Source: Planctomycetaceae bacterium (GTDB lineage Bacteria > Planctomycetota > Planctomycetia > Pirellulales > PALSA-1355). From it: a stretch of 64,000 nucleotides of DNA. How positions within the stretch are numbered: position 1 is the first letter of the stretch; every line of letters begins with the position of its first letter. The translations under genes were made by a program, and so were the position numbers. The notes under the pieces are model-generated. The model saw only the letters and a program-made list of their open reading frames with translations, made no database searches and was not told the DNA's origin. Below are positions 1 to 9,999 of this stretch, piece after piece. The stretch covers positions 6,449 through 70,448 of the forward strand of contig PLYM01000064.1 in assembly GCA_003153375.1 (NCBI GenBank), in the 5' to 3' direction.

Positions 1-799
1 TCGGTCGCAGCGTGACGACTAGTAGGTTTCCGCGAGTCTCGACCGTTTCCACGCTGGCATCGCCTTCGAGCAGTTTGGCGGCGGCGGCCGTATTTTCCAC
101 GACGACGATGTTCAAAATCGTTTGCCGGCGCACCTGCTTCATCACTTGCTCGACGTCGGCGTTCACCAGCAGCTCGCCACGCTCGATGATCCCAATCTTG
201 TTACAGATGTCGGCCAGCTCGGGCAGAATGTGACTCGAAACCATGATCGTCTTGCCCAGGTTGCGCAACTCCTTGAGCAGCCCCCGAATCTCGATACGCG
301 CGCGCGGGTCGAGTCCACTGGCCGGTTCATCGAGCAGCAGCACCTGGGGATCGTGCAGCAACACGCGGGCCAGGCCCAGCCGCTGCGTCATGCCGCGCGA
401 CAGGCTCGTGACGAGCGCCTCGCGCTTGTAGCCCAGATCGACCAGGGCCAGCACGTCGTCGCAAATCTTGCGGCGGGCCGCGCCGCGAATGCGATAGGCA
501 GCGGCGAAGAACTCCAAGTATTCAATCACCTTCATATCGTCGTACACGCCGAAGAAATCGGGCATGTAGCCGACCAGGCGGCGGATGTCGCGCGGGTGGG
601 TATAGATCGAATAGCCGCAGACATAGGCTTCGCCCCAGGTCGGGTTCAAGAGCGTCGCCAGGATGCGCATCGCCGTCGTCTTGCCCGCGCCGTTGGGGCC
701 GATGAAGCCGAAGACGTCTCCCTTCTGCAGGTTGAGCTCCAGCGCTTTCACGGCGAACAGCTCGCCATACTTCATCGTTAGGTCGTGTGTCTCGATCAC
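1..799 (-). CDS. ABC transporter ATP-binding protein (3' end runs off the window start)
   Basis: Own minus-strand translation; absent from the ORF track because no stop lies inside the window. GTG at 797-799 gives VIETHDLTMKYGELFAVKALELNLQKGDVFGFIGPNGAGKTT (Walker A), LSRGMTQRLGLARVL (signature-like) and LLLDEPASGLD (Walker B). Alternative ATG at 773-775. Confidence 0.9.
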   Translation of the reverse strand, partial: MIETHDLTMKYGELFAVKALELNLQKGDVFGFIGPNGAGKTTAMRILATLLNPTWGEAYVCGYSIYTHPRDIRRLVGYMPDFFGVYDDMKVIEYLEFFAAAYRIRGAARRKICDDVLALVDLGYKREALVTSLSRGMTQRLGLARVLLHDPQVLLLDEPASGLDPRARIEIRGLLKELRNLGKTIMVSSHILPELADICNKIGIIERGELLVNADVEQVMKQVRRQTILNIVVVENTAAAAKLLEGDASVETVETRGNLLVVTLRP

Positions 800-825
800 C
801 CTTTGTCCCCCGGCGAGTGTGCTGC

Positions 826-3075
826 TTACGACCCGCTGCCGTCGCGGACCGGAAAAACATAACGATAGATGGTCCAATGCTGACCGCGATCGCTCGACAG
901 CGACTTGCCGTCCCGTTGCATTTCAGTCGCGCTGGTGCGGCTGCGTCCGACGAGGACCGCGCGGCCATTCTTGATCAGGCTGCTCATATCGACGAAGCCC
1001 TGATAGTTGTTGGTCAGCCCGGTATATTTTTGCCCCCCCGCGAGTTCAAAAGTAGTCATGATCTCGAGGATGCGCGGCACATCGAACGATGCCCGGTCGT
1101 AGGGCAGCGCGACGTTGCGGTCGCCCTGCGCCGTGACGTGCCGTAAATAGGTGTCAACGGTCTGCGGGTCGAGCCCCGTCTCGACGTCAATTCGCTGCCC
1201 TGGCCCCAACGTTCGCAGGCGATAGGCCCAGCGGTCGTAGAACAAGACGGCATCCTCCAGCGGCGCATCCAGATGGCTGGCCAGCGAGCCCACGAGCTTA
1301 CCGCGATCGGCCAGGTCGTTCTCGATCTGAATCTTGCCATGCTGCCACCAGCGTCCGACAAAGGCCTTGCTCGACCAGACCGCGATCGGCACACGCCGCA
1401 TCCGATCGAGCTTTTCGCTGAACGTATAGGGCTCCGTGAACAATGGCAGACTGCCGGCCGGCGAATCGACGGCGCCGAACTTTCGATCCGGATCCATGCC
1501 GCCAAATCCCGTGCCAGACAATCCCATCCACGAGAACAGCACCTCGGCCGGCGTTGGCTGCCCACCCACGAGGGGCGGGCGCAGCGACAAGTCGTAGGTC
1601 TCGGTCTGCGGCGTGAATAGATTCGCCCACAGCGTTCCGCGCACATAGCCTGTTTCGGCGTCGACGTCGACCACGTCCAACTGGTTCACGCAAATCTCGT
1701 TTCCCTTGAGCGCATAGGCCAACGCGGCGGCGCCGACGCTGAACAGCGTGACCGTGACGCCAAACGTCGCCCAAGTGGCTTCCATACGGCCCAGCAGACG
1801 TTTGACGATCCAATAGTCGAGTGGGCCGATGCAGGCGATGTAGGCCACGACCAACAGCGCCACCAACCAGAACGGCACGAGCACCACGCCGCTGAATTGA
1901 TCGAGCGCGCCGCGCAATTGACCTGCCAGATCGACGAAACCGAGCGTGGTCACCTGCCCCAGCCCCAGCGACGCGCTTGCTGAGGCGTCGATCTTGGCGC
2001 GACGCAGCAGGCGGTCGAAGAGCCCCGGCCGTGCGACCCAATCAGCGAGCGGCCCGCTCTCCAGGTCGAAGGCCACGAAAACAATCTCGCCAAACCCGCG
2101 CGTCGTGCGCACCACGAGCGGCAAGTCGCGGGCTTTCACTCCCGCATAAGCTTCGATTCGGCCCTGCACGTCCCGCAGCTTCGGCACCTGAATCGCGAAC
2201 GGCCCACCGCCGACATTCAGCGGCTCGTTGGTCTCGGCATAACTTTCGAATACCGTGCTTTGGCGCAGGGGAACCATGGCTTCGAACGCCCCAGGCGCGA
2301 GTTTCACCAGCGCCGAATCGGCGGCCAACATTTGCTCGCCTCGTCGGCCGACGCACAGCACCAGCCGGCCCCCCATCCGCACCCACTGGTCCAAGGCCGC
2401 CACACGCGCGACGTCGGCGGCCAAGGCCGCGCCGACTGCTTCCGACCCCGTGGCCAGAATGACCGCGTCGATTCCCTCGTAGCCCCACCAATCCGTGGGC
2501 AGTTGACTCACATCCTCGACGTCGGCAATCTTCGTCTGCAGCTCGTCGAATGAGGCCATGTCGCCCGTCGACACCGGCCCACCAAGCGTGACCACAAGCT
2601 GCTGCATCGAAGGCAAAATGCCGGCCAAGGCCGCGTCCTGCGTCGTGCTGAAATGGCGGCTGGCAAGCGATTGGCCGTCGCCGGCGCGCAGCTCGATCGT
2701 GACACTACTCGCCAATTGCCCGATCTTGACGGCCAGTGGAACCGTCACGCGATCGCCGGGGCCGATCGCCACCTCTCCGGCCGGCGCCGTGACACGATTC
2801 GGCACGGCATCGCCGTCGAGCACGGTCACTTCCACGCGCCCGCGAACCGCTTCATCACCCCCCTCGATCGTGACGGCCAGTGGCGCCCAATAACCAACCT
2901 TGAAACGCCCGGCAAAGCCCGCGTGTATGTCGGCGATTTTGGGTGCAGCACCGGTATCTTGTGCCGGCGCTCTATCCGCCAGCGCGAGGCCGCTGAGCAG
3001 TCCAATCACGCACAGCCACGCAAACGCGGATTGAGGAAGCCGACTGGGCGGCTGCAACGCGTCACCCTGTGTCAT
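826..3075 (-). CDS. large membrane protein, family not recognised
   Basis: Track ORF 826..3126 trimmed to ATG 3073-3075, which overlaps the MazG-like stop as ATGA. Signal-like AFAWLCVIGLLSGLALA and two central TM helices (VVLVPFWLVALLVVAYIACIG, WATFGVTVTLFSVGAAALAYAL). Codon usage looks coding. Confidence 0.7.
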   Translation of the reverse strand: MTQGDALQPPSRLPQSAFAWLCVIGLLSGLALADRAPAQDTGAAPKIADIHAGFAGRFKVGYWAPLAVTIEGGDEAVRGRVEVTVLDGDAVPNRVTAPAGEVAIGPGDRVTVPLAVKIGQLASSVTIELRAGDGQSLASRHFSTTQDAALAGILPSMQQLVVTLGGPVSTGDMASFDELQTKIADVEDVSQLPTDWWGYEGIDAVILATGSEAVGAALAADVARVAALDQWVRMGGRLVLCVGRRGEQMLAADSALVKLAPGAFEAMVPLRQSTVFESYAETNEPLNVGGGPFAIQVPKLRDVQGRIEAYAGVKARDLPLVVRTTRGFGEIVFVAFDLESGPLADWVARPGLFDRLLRRAKIDASASASLGLGQVTTLGFVDLAGQLRGALDQFSGVVLVPFWLVALLVVAYIACIGPLDYWIVKRLLGRMEATWATFGVTVTLFSVGAAALAYALKGNEICVNQLDVVDVDAETGYVRGTLWANLFTPQTETYDLSLRPPLVGGQPTPAEVLFSWMGLSGTGFGGMDPDRKFGAVDSPAGSLPLFTEPYTFSEKLDRMRRVPIAVWSSKAFVGRWWQHGKIQIENDLADRGKLVGSLASHLDAPLEDAVLFYDRWAYRLRTLGPGQRIDVETGLDPQTVDTYLRHVTAQGDRNVALPYDRASFDVPRILEIMTTFELAGGQKYTGLTNNYQGFVDMSSLIKNGRAVLVGRSRTSATEMQRDGKSLSSDRGQHWTIYRYVFPVRDGSGS

Positions 3076-3425
3076 GGCTTCTCCGCGTCGGCGCAGGTGC
3101 AAACGAACTGACCGCAACCCGGACAACCCGAGCCGTATTTGCGCGCCACGGCCTCACTCAGATCGACTCCGGCGACGTTCGCAATCGTCGCCAACCAGGC
3201 CAGCACGTCGGCAAATTCGCCCAGCCGCTCTTCGTGCGTGCCGCTGCGCAGCGCCGCGGCCAACTCACCGACCTCTTCCATCAGCCACATGAAGGTGCCA
3301 TCGACGCCGCGCGCCTGGTCTTTTTCGAAATACATCTTTCGGATCAGGCCTTGAAACTCTCCAAGTGTCACCACCGGCTTTCCATCGACCTTTGACGAAC
3401 GGGCGGGCTGTTGCTCTCGATTCAT
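3072..3425 (-). CDS. MazG-like nucleotide pyrophosphohydrolase domain protein
   Basis: 117 aa. LMEEVGELAAAL...EERLGEFADVLAWL gives the E-x2-E ... E-x2-D pattern of the MazG all-alpha NTP-PPase fold. C-terminal CPGC-x5-CTC cysteine cluster. ATG 3423-3425 overlaps the upstream stop (ATGA). Confidence 0.8.
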   Translation of the reverse strand: MNREQQPARSSKVDGKPVVTLGEFQGLIRKMYFEKDQARGVDGTFMWLMEEVGELAAALRSGTHEERLGEFADVLAWLATIANVAGVDLSEAVARKYGSGCPGCGQFVCTCADAEKP

Positions 3426-6277
3426 TTCAGGCTCTCCAGCAATTCCTTAGCGCGTGGCTGCTCGGCATCGCGCTTGAGCAACTCTTCCAACACCGTTTTG
3501 GCCTTGCCCGGGTCCTTGGCCTTCAAATAGGTCTCGGCCAAGGCCACCCGCAGGCTCGCATCGTCAGGCTCCAATTCGACGGCCGTCGCATATTCCTCGG
3601 CCGCCCCGACAGTCCGACCTTGGGCCGCCAGCGCCTCGGCCCGAAATTGATGCGTTTCGACATCCATCACGTTAATGTGCAACGCCTCGAGCGCCCAGCG
3701 TGCGGCCGTCGGCGGGTCATTCTCTGCCAGGTAAAGCTGTGCGAGTTTCTTGCGCACGGGGAAGTCGTCGGCATCGGCCGCGGCCAGTTTTGTCAACACG
3801 GGAATCAGCTTTTGCGGCTCGTCGGACTTGAGATAGACGGCTGCCAATGACTTGAGCCATTTAGGGCTCGTCGGATCCTTTTTGGCACCGAGTTCATAGA
3901 GATCGGCCGCCGTGGCATAGTCCTCGGACTTGAATTTCAAGGCCGCCAGGAGGGCCAACAAATTCTCTTGCGGCTTGTTACGGTCCAACGCCCCTTCAAG
4001 CCTGGCCAAGGCCTCTTTGTTCTCGCCCACGACCAGGTGCAACCGGGCGCGCACGTAGCTGGCCAATGCGTGCCGCGGGTCGATGGCCAGCGCCGCGTCG
4101 GTCCAGCGTCGCGCTTGCGGATAATTGGCTCGATCCAACTGCGACTGTGCCAACGTGGCCAACGCCTCGATGTCGCGCGGATTTTTGGCCGCGTTGCGCT
4201 GGGCCTCACTGACGCTCTGCGCGCGATTCTGCTGGCGGGGCGGCAGACTGGCGACGATCTTTTGCACGTAGTCTCGATATCCTTGCTCGAACTCAGCCTG
4301 CTTGACGCCCAGCGCGCGCGCCAGCGCCTCGGGGGTCGTCAGATTGTCGTTATACGCCGCCAGCATTTTCGCGATCGCGTCCTCGCCGTACCGCTCGCGC
4401 ATGAATTGCGCGTAGAGCGACGCCTGACAATAGGCCAACGTCCATTCGTCGCTCGAATGGGGACGAATGAAGCCGAGGTTGATCGTTTCGAGATCGAACA
4501 GCTTCTTCTGTTCCCAGCGCTCGGCGAGCAGATCGTTCCAGGCTTGCGGCCGGGGATAGCCCTCACTCAGCACGGCCAGCGCCTCGGTGAACCAGTGTGG
4601 AATATTGAAGTCGGTCTGCTGCAAGTTGATGACGTGAACGAACTCGTGCTTGACCACCCGCGCCCAATTGAATCGCTGCTTCCCGTCGGCCGGCGATTGC
4701 AGGGCCACGATCTTGCCGGCGCAGGCACCGATCGGATGAATGTGCGGCAAGCCCACCATCCGCGCGCTGAACCAGCCGTGTCCGTCCGTGTTCTTGGCTC
4801 GGCTGAAAACTTCGAACAGCGACTTCTCCGGCGGCGTAAAGCCCATCTGCTGGACCAACTCCGGATAAACCTCTTCGAGCCACTGGCCCATGTAACGGGC
4901 CACGACCCCGTCCTTCTCGCCATCGTGCCGAATGCGGAAGTGCTCGGTCTCGAGCGTCTGGTAACCCGCGAGCACATCGAGCACCTTGAGTGTATTGTTC
5001 ACTCGAACGTTAAACGGATCGATCTTGAACGACTCGTCGAGTACCGCTCGGGCTTTGTCCTCTTCGCCCAGCCGCATCAAAACCATTCCCAATTGACCTG
5101 AAGGGGCGACCAACTGAGGCATGCGTTGCATGGCCTGCTCATAGTAACGGGCCGCGGCCGGCCAACGCCGCAGCCGATCGAGCGCATCGGCCAGCGCCAT
5201 ATAAAATCGGCCTGCGTGCGGATTGCGCTGCTCGACTTCGGCGACGAGCTTTCCGAAGCGCGTCTCGGGGCTCGTGCGCGCCAAACCGTCGATGGATGCG
5301 CAGGCCGCGGCCATCCGTCCCAACGTCTCTTCGCAGTGTGGGTTCAGCTTCAGCGCATCGGTCAACACGCCCAGGCTTTGCCGCGGCTCGAAGTTGGCCA
5401 AGTGGATGTCGGCCTGCAAATGCCGGGCAGCCAGGAGCTGCGAATTGATTTCCAACGCTCGATCACAGGCGGCCTGCGCGGCGGCCAATTCAAATTCCTC
5501 GAGCGCCAAATGACCCAGTGCCGCGTGGATTTCGGCAGCGTTGGGATTCAGCACCAAAGCGGCCTTAAGAGCCTTTGATGCATCGACCTGATTGAACTTC
5601 TCAGCGAACAGCCGCCCCGACTCATAATGGGCCCGCCAACTATCAGGGTGCGCCGCGAGCAAGTCGGGATAGAATTCGTTGACCAGAAAACTGAACTGGT
5701 CGCTCAAGCGATTCCAACGGGCGAACTGTGCCGCCGCCAGGCCGATCCATCTCAGCCGTTCAGCGTCCTTGACCTCATGCTCGTTGAAGAACTTGACCAG
5801 TTGCTCATAGGCGACGTTGGCTTCGGCCAGCTTGCCGGCATTGCAGAGCAGCTCGGCGCGGACCCAGAGCGCCTGAAGTTGCTCGGGATTGTGCTTGAGC
5901 GCCGACTCGACTTCGGTCGCGGCTTGAAGGTCATCGCCGCGTTCCAACGCCAGCCGGGCCAATTCCGCACACAGATCGGCCGCATCGGCGTGCGTCTTGA
6001 CGGCCGCGCTCAGCGTCTCAACCGCCTTTTCTCGGGCGCCCGTGGCCTCCTGGCAGCGTGCCACACCCAGCGCGGCCGCCACAGCCTGATCGGCCGGCAG
6101 GGCCTCAAACGCCTCCTGAGCCTCGGCAACCTTGCCCTGCTCCAACAGTTGCTCGGCCTGCTCGCGTGGCTCCACGGTGGGTTTGGCCGCCGGCTCCTCC
6201 GCCCGGCCGACCGGTAAGGCTAGCAGCAAGGCCACGAACGCTCCTCCCCAGGCACGGATCGGGAAGAAGGTTTTCAT
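3422..6277 (-). CDS. secreted TPR-repeat protein with central HExxH (peptidase MA-like) domain
   Basis: Track ORF trimmed to ATG 6275-6277, giving the signal peptide MKTFFPIRAWGGAFVALLLALPVGRA. TPR-like Ala/Leu-rich repeats at both ends. Central VVKHEFVHVINLQQTDFNIPHWFTEALA is HExxH plus a downstream Glu, gluzincin-like. Confidence 0.8.
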   Translation of the reverse strand: MKTFFPIRAWGGAFVALLLALPVGRAEEPAAKPTVEPREQAEQLLEQGKVAEAQEAFEALPADQAVAAALGVARCQEATGAREKAVETLSAAVKTHADAADLCAELARLALERGDDLQAATEVESALKHNPEQLQALWVRAELLCNAGKLAEANVAYEQLVKFFNEHEVKDAERLRWIGLAAAQFARWNRLSDQFSFLVNEFYPDLLAAHPDSWRAHYESGRLFAEKFNQVDASKALKAALVLNPNAAEIHAALGHLALEEFELAAAQAACDRALEINSQLLAARHLQADIHLANFEPRQSLGVLTDALKLNPHCEETLGRMAAACASIDGLARTSPETRFGKLVAEVEQRNPHAGRFYMALADALDRLRRWPAAARYYEQAMQRMPQLVAPSGQLGMVLMRLGEEDKARAVLDESFKIDPFNVRVNNTLKVLDVLAGYQTLETEHFRIRHDGEKDGVVARYMGQWLEEVYPELVQQMGFTPPEKSLFEVFSRAKNTDGHGWFSARMVGLPHIHPIGACAGKIVALQSPADGKQRFNWARVVKHEFVHVINLQQTDFNIPHWFTEALAVLSEGYPRPQAWNDLLAERWEQKKLFDLETINLGFIRPHSSDEWTLAYCQASLYAQFMRERYGEDAIAKMLAAYNDNLTTPEALARALGVKQAEFEQGYRDYVQKIVASLPPRQQNRAQSVSEAQRNAAKNPRDIEALATLAQSQLDRANYPQARRWTDAALAIDPRHALASYVRARLHLVVGENKEALARLEGALDRNKPQENLLALLAALKFKSEDYATAADLYELGAKKDPTSPKWLKSLAAVYLKSDEPQKLIPVLTKLAAADADDFPVRKKLAQLYLAENDPPTAARWALEALHINVMDVETHQFRAEALAAQGRTVGAAEEYATAVELEPDDASLRVALAETYLKAKDPGKAKTVLEELLKRDAEQPRAKELLESLK

Positions 6278-6396
6278 GCGAGTCTCACCCAGGAATCTGA
6301 ATCTCACGGCCGTTGGCCGCAACCGCAACCATCCGCACGATTGACCGCGTCCGAGTCGTCACGCCGATTGACGACCCTCCGGCCGATCTGACCATT

Positions 6397-7233
6397 CTAC
6401 CCCAAAAGCCACTCGACGACCCGCACCAGACCGTCTTCGTCATGCGTGGGAGCAATGCGGTCGGCGGCGGCTTTGACCTCGTCCAGAGCATTTCCCATGG
6501 CCACTCCCAGCCCGGCCGCGGCAATCATCGGGATGTCGTTGACGTCATCACCCACAGCGCAGATTTCTTCGGAATCGATGCCCCACTCGGTAGCCAGCCG
6601 GTTGACCGCCACCCATTTGCTCACGCCAGCCGGCGCGATCTCGCACATGAAGCCACGATAGCGCGGACTGCGCAACACGTGCATGTAGAGTAAACCCGGT
6701 TGATCGCGCTCCAGTTCATGCCGCAGGTGCAGCATTTGTTCCCGCGTGCCCATGGCAAAGCACGAGAACACCCCGCCAGGCGGTCGCGTCATCAGATCGG
6801 TCCAGACGCGTTCGAAGCCGGCGTTTCGCTCCAGGAACTCGGCCAACTCCGCCTGCGGCGAGACGGGATTGACGACGTAGTAGTCGAATCCCTGGTCATA
6901 CGTATCGGCATACAGCACGGCCTCATAACCACGACCAGCAATGCCTTGCAAACACCGCTCGAGCGCCAACAGAACAAACTCAGCCCGGTAGAGCGTCGCA
7001 TGATCGGCCGCCCGCTTGACCAGGGCCCCGCTAGCCGTCACCAGCGGGACGTTGAGCTCGAGCGGTTCGACCAGCGGCAGCACGCGGCTGTACCGACGCC
7101 CGGTGGCCAGCACGATCTCGATGCCGGCTGTCTTGGCCCTCAGCACGGCAGCGCGTGTGGCTTCGGTCAATTCATGCCGGCTGTTGACCAGCGTGCCATC
7201 GATATCGATTGCCAACAAACGAAATCGAGCCAT
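6397..7233 (-). CDS. Cof-type HAD-IIB family phosphatase
   Basis: LLAIDIDGTLVN (DxDGT motif I), VLATGRR and VGDDVNDIPM (motif IV). 278 aa, typical Cof length. Confidence 0.85.
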   Translation of the reverse strand: MARFRLLAIDIDGTLVNSRHELTEATRAAVLRAKTAGIEIVLATGRRYSRVLPLVEPLELNVPLVTASGALVKRAADHATLYRAEFVLLALERCLQGIAGRGYEAVLYADTYDQGFDYYVVNPVSPQAELAEFLERNAGFERVWTDLMTRPPGGVFSCFAMGTREQMLHLRHELERDQPGLLYMHVLRSPRYRGFMCEIAPAGVSKWVAVNRLATEWGIDSEEICAVGDDVNDIPMIAAAGLGVAMGNALDEVKAAADRIAPTHDEDGLVRVVEWLLG

Positions 7234-7427
7234 GAAGATCGATCGGGGCGGCCGGGGAACGCGAAGAACGGCATCAACGTCTCAAAGTATCGCAAAATCA
7301 CGCCGCGACCGACAGTCGAAGCGTGCCGCGAATGCTGGTCCCGTGCCGTTTCCCCTCCGCTGGCACTTTCCGACCGTCGCCTGCGCTTCTAAGATAATTC
7401 CTTCGCACGATCAGGGACCTGGCAATC

Positions 7428-7739
7428 ATGTCTGAATTTATTACCGTGGCCAAAGTGGGCGCCATTCCCGAGGGAACCGGCCGCGCATTCGCAGTCGGCG
7501 ATAAGCTGGTGGCCGTCTTCAACCTGGGGCAGGGACAGTACCAGGCCATCAACGATCTTTGCCCCCACATGGGCGCTTCGTTGGCTGACGGTCATCTGGA
7601 AAGCGGCGTGGTGACCTGCCCGTGGCATGCCTGGCGATTTCGCGTCTCCGATGGCACCTGGTGCGACAACCCGCGCATCAAGACCGACACCTTCGAAGTC
7701 CGTGTGGCAGGGGACGACATTCAAGTACGGTCGAAGTGA
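7428..7739 (+). CDS. small Rieske [2Fe-2S] protein, NirD-like
   Basis: 103 aa. CPHMGASL...CPWHAWRF, i.e. CPH-x16-CPWH Rieske cluster ligands, in a NirD-sized protein. Confidence 0.85.
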   Translation: MSEFITVAKVGAIPEGTGRAFAVGDKLVAVFNLGQGQYQAINDLCPHMGASLADGHLESGVVTCPWHAWRFRVSDGTWCDNPRIKTDTFEVRVAGDDIQVRSK

Positions 7740-7772
7740 TGCAGTCCGCGATGCCGTGCAGTCGCCCGTTTG

Positions 7773-8456
7773 CTAAAGCGTGATCGTGCCACCCGGCGCA
7801 ACCACGATCGGCTCAGCTTTGGTTTCGGCTTTGATTCTCGCCACCCACGGGGCGGTATCCTGCGCAATGGGCGGCCAGGTGTTGAAGTGCGACGGCACGA
7901 CCTTGCGCGGGGTGAGCAGCTTGACCGCTTCGACCGCGTCGTCCGGACCCATGGTAAAGCGATCGCCGATGGGCAGCACGGCCAGATCGATGCCCGCGGC
8001 GCCGATCAGTTTCATGTCGTAAAACAGCGCCGTGTCGCAGGCGAAATAAATCGTGCCATCGGCCAGCGTCAGCAAGAACCCGCCGGGATTGCCGCCGCTC
8101 GATCCGTCCGGCAGCACCGAGCTGTGGTGGGCAATCGTCAATTTGACCCGGCCAAAGGGCAGGTCGATGCCGCCGCCAAGATTCATGGGCTGTGTGTTCT
8201 TGACCCCCTTCTTGCCTAGCCATTCACAAATCTCATAGTTCGAAACGACCGTGGCGTCGTTGCGGTTGGCGACCGCGGCTGCGTCGGCAACGTGATCGAA
8301 GTGGCCGTGCGAGACCAGCACGAAATCGGCCTTGACCGCGTCAGCTTTGACCGGGGCCGTGGGCGAGTCGTTCAGAAAAGGATCGATAATCAACGTCTTA
8401 CCGGCCGTGTTGACCAACCAGCAACCGTGTCCCAGCCACCGCAATGTCGTCGCCAT
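7773..8456 (-). CDS. metallo-beta-lactamase fold metal-dependent hydrolase (UPF0173-like)
   Basis: 227 aa. LGHGCWLV N-terminus and VLVSHGHFDHV (HxHxDH motif). Confidence 0.85.
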   Translation of the reverse strand: MATTLRWLGHGCWLVNTAGKTLIIDPFLNDSPTAPVKADAVKADFVLVSHGHFDHVADAAAVANRNDATVVSNYEICEWLGKKGVKNTQPMNLGGGIDLPFGRVKLTIAHHSSVLPDGSSGGNPGGFLLTLADGTIYFACDTALFYDMKLIGAAGIDLAVLPIGDRFTMGPDDAVEAVKLLTPRKVVPSHFNTWPPIAQDTAPWVARIKAETKAEPIVVAPGGTITL

Positions 8457-8754
8457 GATCTCGTATCCTCGCTATTTCCTCAAATTGGCGTTTTTTTGTT
8501 TCTTGTAGGCTTCCACGCCGGCCACATCACGGGGCGGATCGCGGCCCAGCCAGTCCAACAGACTTTGCACGGCTTCGTCGCCGACGGCCCTCCCGGCCAC
8601 GCTGCTGAACATAGCCGTGTTGCCACAGCCTGCCAAGAGTCCCGCGCAATCGAGCCTGGCAGGAGCTGGCGAGCCATTTCGTCTTGTGTGTTGGCGGGTT
8701 TTTGATACGACTGGAGAAACCTCGGCACCCCCAGTCTGCTCGGAGTTGCTCGCC

Positions 8755-9960
8755 ATGGACATGCATGAATTGACCCGTGAACTGAAAGTTCGCAATGACT
8801 CGAAAATCGTCATGTTGGTAGCCGACGGGCTGGGCGGATTGCCGCTGGTGCCTGGGGGAAAAACCGAGCTCGAGACGGCTCACACGCCGAACCTCGACGA
8901 ATTGGCCCGTCGCGGCGTCTCGGGCGGCAGCATCCCCGTCAAGCCAGGCATCACGCCGGGCAGCGGGCCGGGTCATCTGGGCCTGTTTGGCTACGATCCG
9001 CTCGAATATCGCATCGGCCGCGGGGCTTTGGAAGCCACGGGCATCGGCTTCGAGCTGACGCCTCAGGACGTTGCGGCCCGCGGCAACTTCTGCACGCTCG
9101 ACGCCGCCGGCAACATCTCCGACCGCCGCGCCGGCCGCATCCGCAGCGAAGAGAGCGCGCCGCTGGCGATCGAACTGCGCAAAGTGAAGATCCCAGGCGT
9201 CGAAGTCTTCGTCGAGCCGGTCAAAGAGCATCGCTTCGTCGTTGTGTTCCGCGGACCCGGCCTGGCGGGCGAAGTGCATGACACCGATCCCCAGGCCACC
9301 GGCGTGCCGCCGCTGGAGCCCAAGGCGATGAACTCGGCCAGCCAGCGCACGGCCGACGTAGCAGCCGAATTCGTCGCGCAGGCGCGCAAGCTGTTGGCCT
9401 CTCAGAAACTCGCCAACGGCCTGACGCTGCGCGGTTTCTCGGGCAAGCCTGCCCTGCCCCCCTACGAAGACGTGTATGGGCTCAAGGCGGCCGCGATCGC
9501 GGTTTATCCGATGTACAAGGGCCTAGCCCGGCTGGTTGGCATGGAAATCGTCGGCAAGGCCCAGACGATCGACGAGCAGATCGACGTGTTGACCGAACAG
9601 TGGAAAACCTATGACTTCTTCTTCATCCACTTCAAATACACCGACAGCACCGGTGAGGACGGCGATTTCGCCGCCAAGGTGAAACGTATTGAAGAGCTGG
9701 ACCGAGCTATCCCACGCGTCACGGCGCTCCAGCCGACGGTGCTCATCGTCACCGGAGATCACAGCACGCCCAGCCTGCTCAAGAGCCACAGTTGGCACCC
9801 CGTGCCCACGATCCTTTCCTCGGCCGTTTGCCGCACCGACCGCTGCACCGCGTATGGCGAGAACGAAGCGATCCACGGCGGCCTGGGACAATTCGAGGCC
9901 AAGTACTTGATGATGCTGGCCCTGGCGAATGCCGGGCGCCTCGGCAAGTTTGGAGCATGA
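8755..9960 (+). CDS. apgM: cofactor-independent phosphoglycerate mutase, ApgM type
   Basis: Track ORF 8617..9960 trimmed to ATG 8755. LVADGLGGLP, ETAHTPNLDELA, GSGPGHLGLFGYDP and VTGDHSTP are alkaline-phosphatase-superfamily ApgM motifs. Confidence 0.85.
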   Translation: MDMHELTRELKVRNDSKIVMLVADGLGGLPLVPGGKTELETAHTPNLDELARRGVSGGSIPVKPGITPGSGPGHLGLFGYDPLEYRIGRGALEATGIGFELTPQDVAARGNFCTLDAAGNISDRRAGRIRSEESAPLAIELRKVKIPGVEVFVEPVKEHRFVVVFRGPGLAGEVHDTDPQATGVPPLEPKAMNSASQRTADVAAEFVAQARKLLASQKLANGLTLRGFSGKPALPPYEDVYGLKAAAIAVYPMYKGLARLVGMEIVGKAQTIDEQIDVLTEQWKTYDFFFIHFKYTDSTGEDGDFAAKVKRIEELDRAIPRVTALQPTVLIVTGDHSTPSLLKSHSWHPVPTILSSAVCRTDRCTAYGENEAIHGGLGQFEAKYLMMLALANAGRLGKFGA

Positions 9961-9999
9961 GCACGCTAGTGGTCGTGACGGCTGATAGACGCTCGATGG

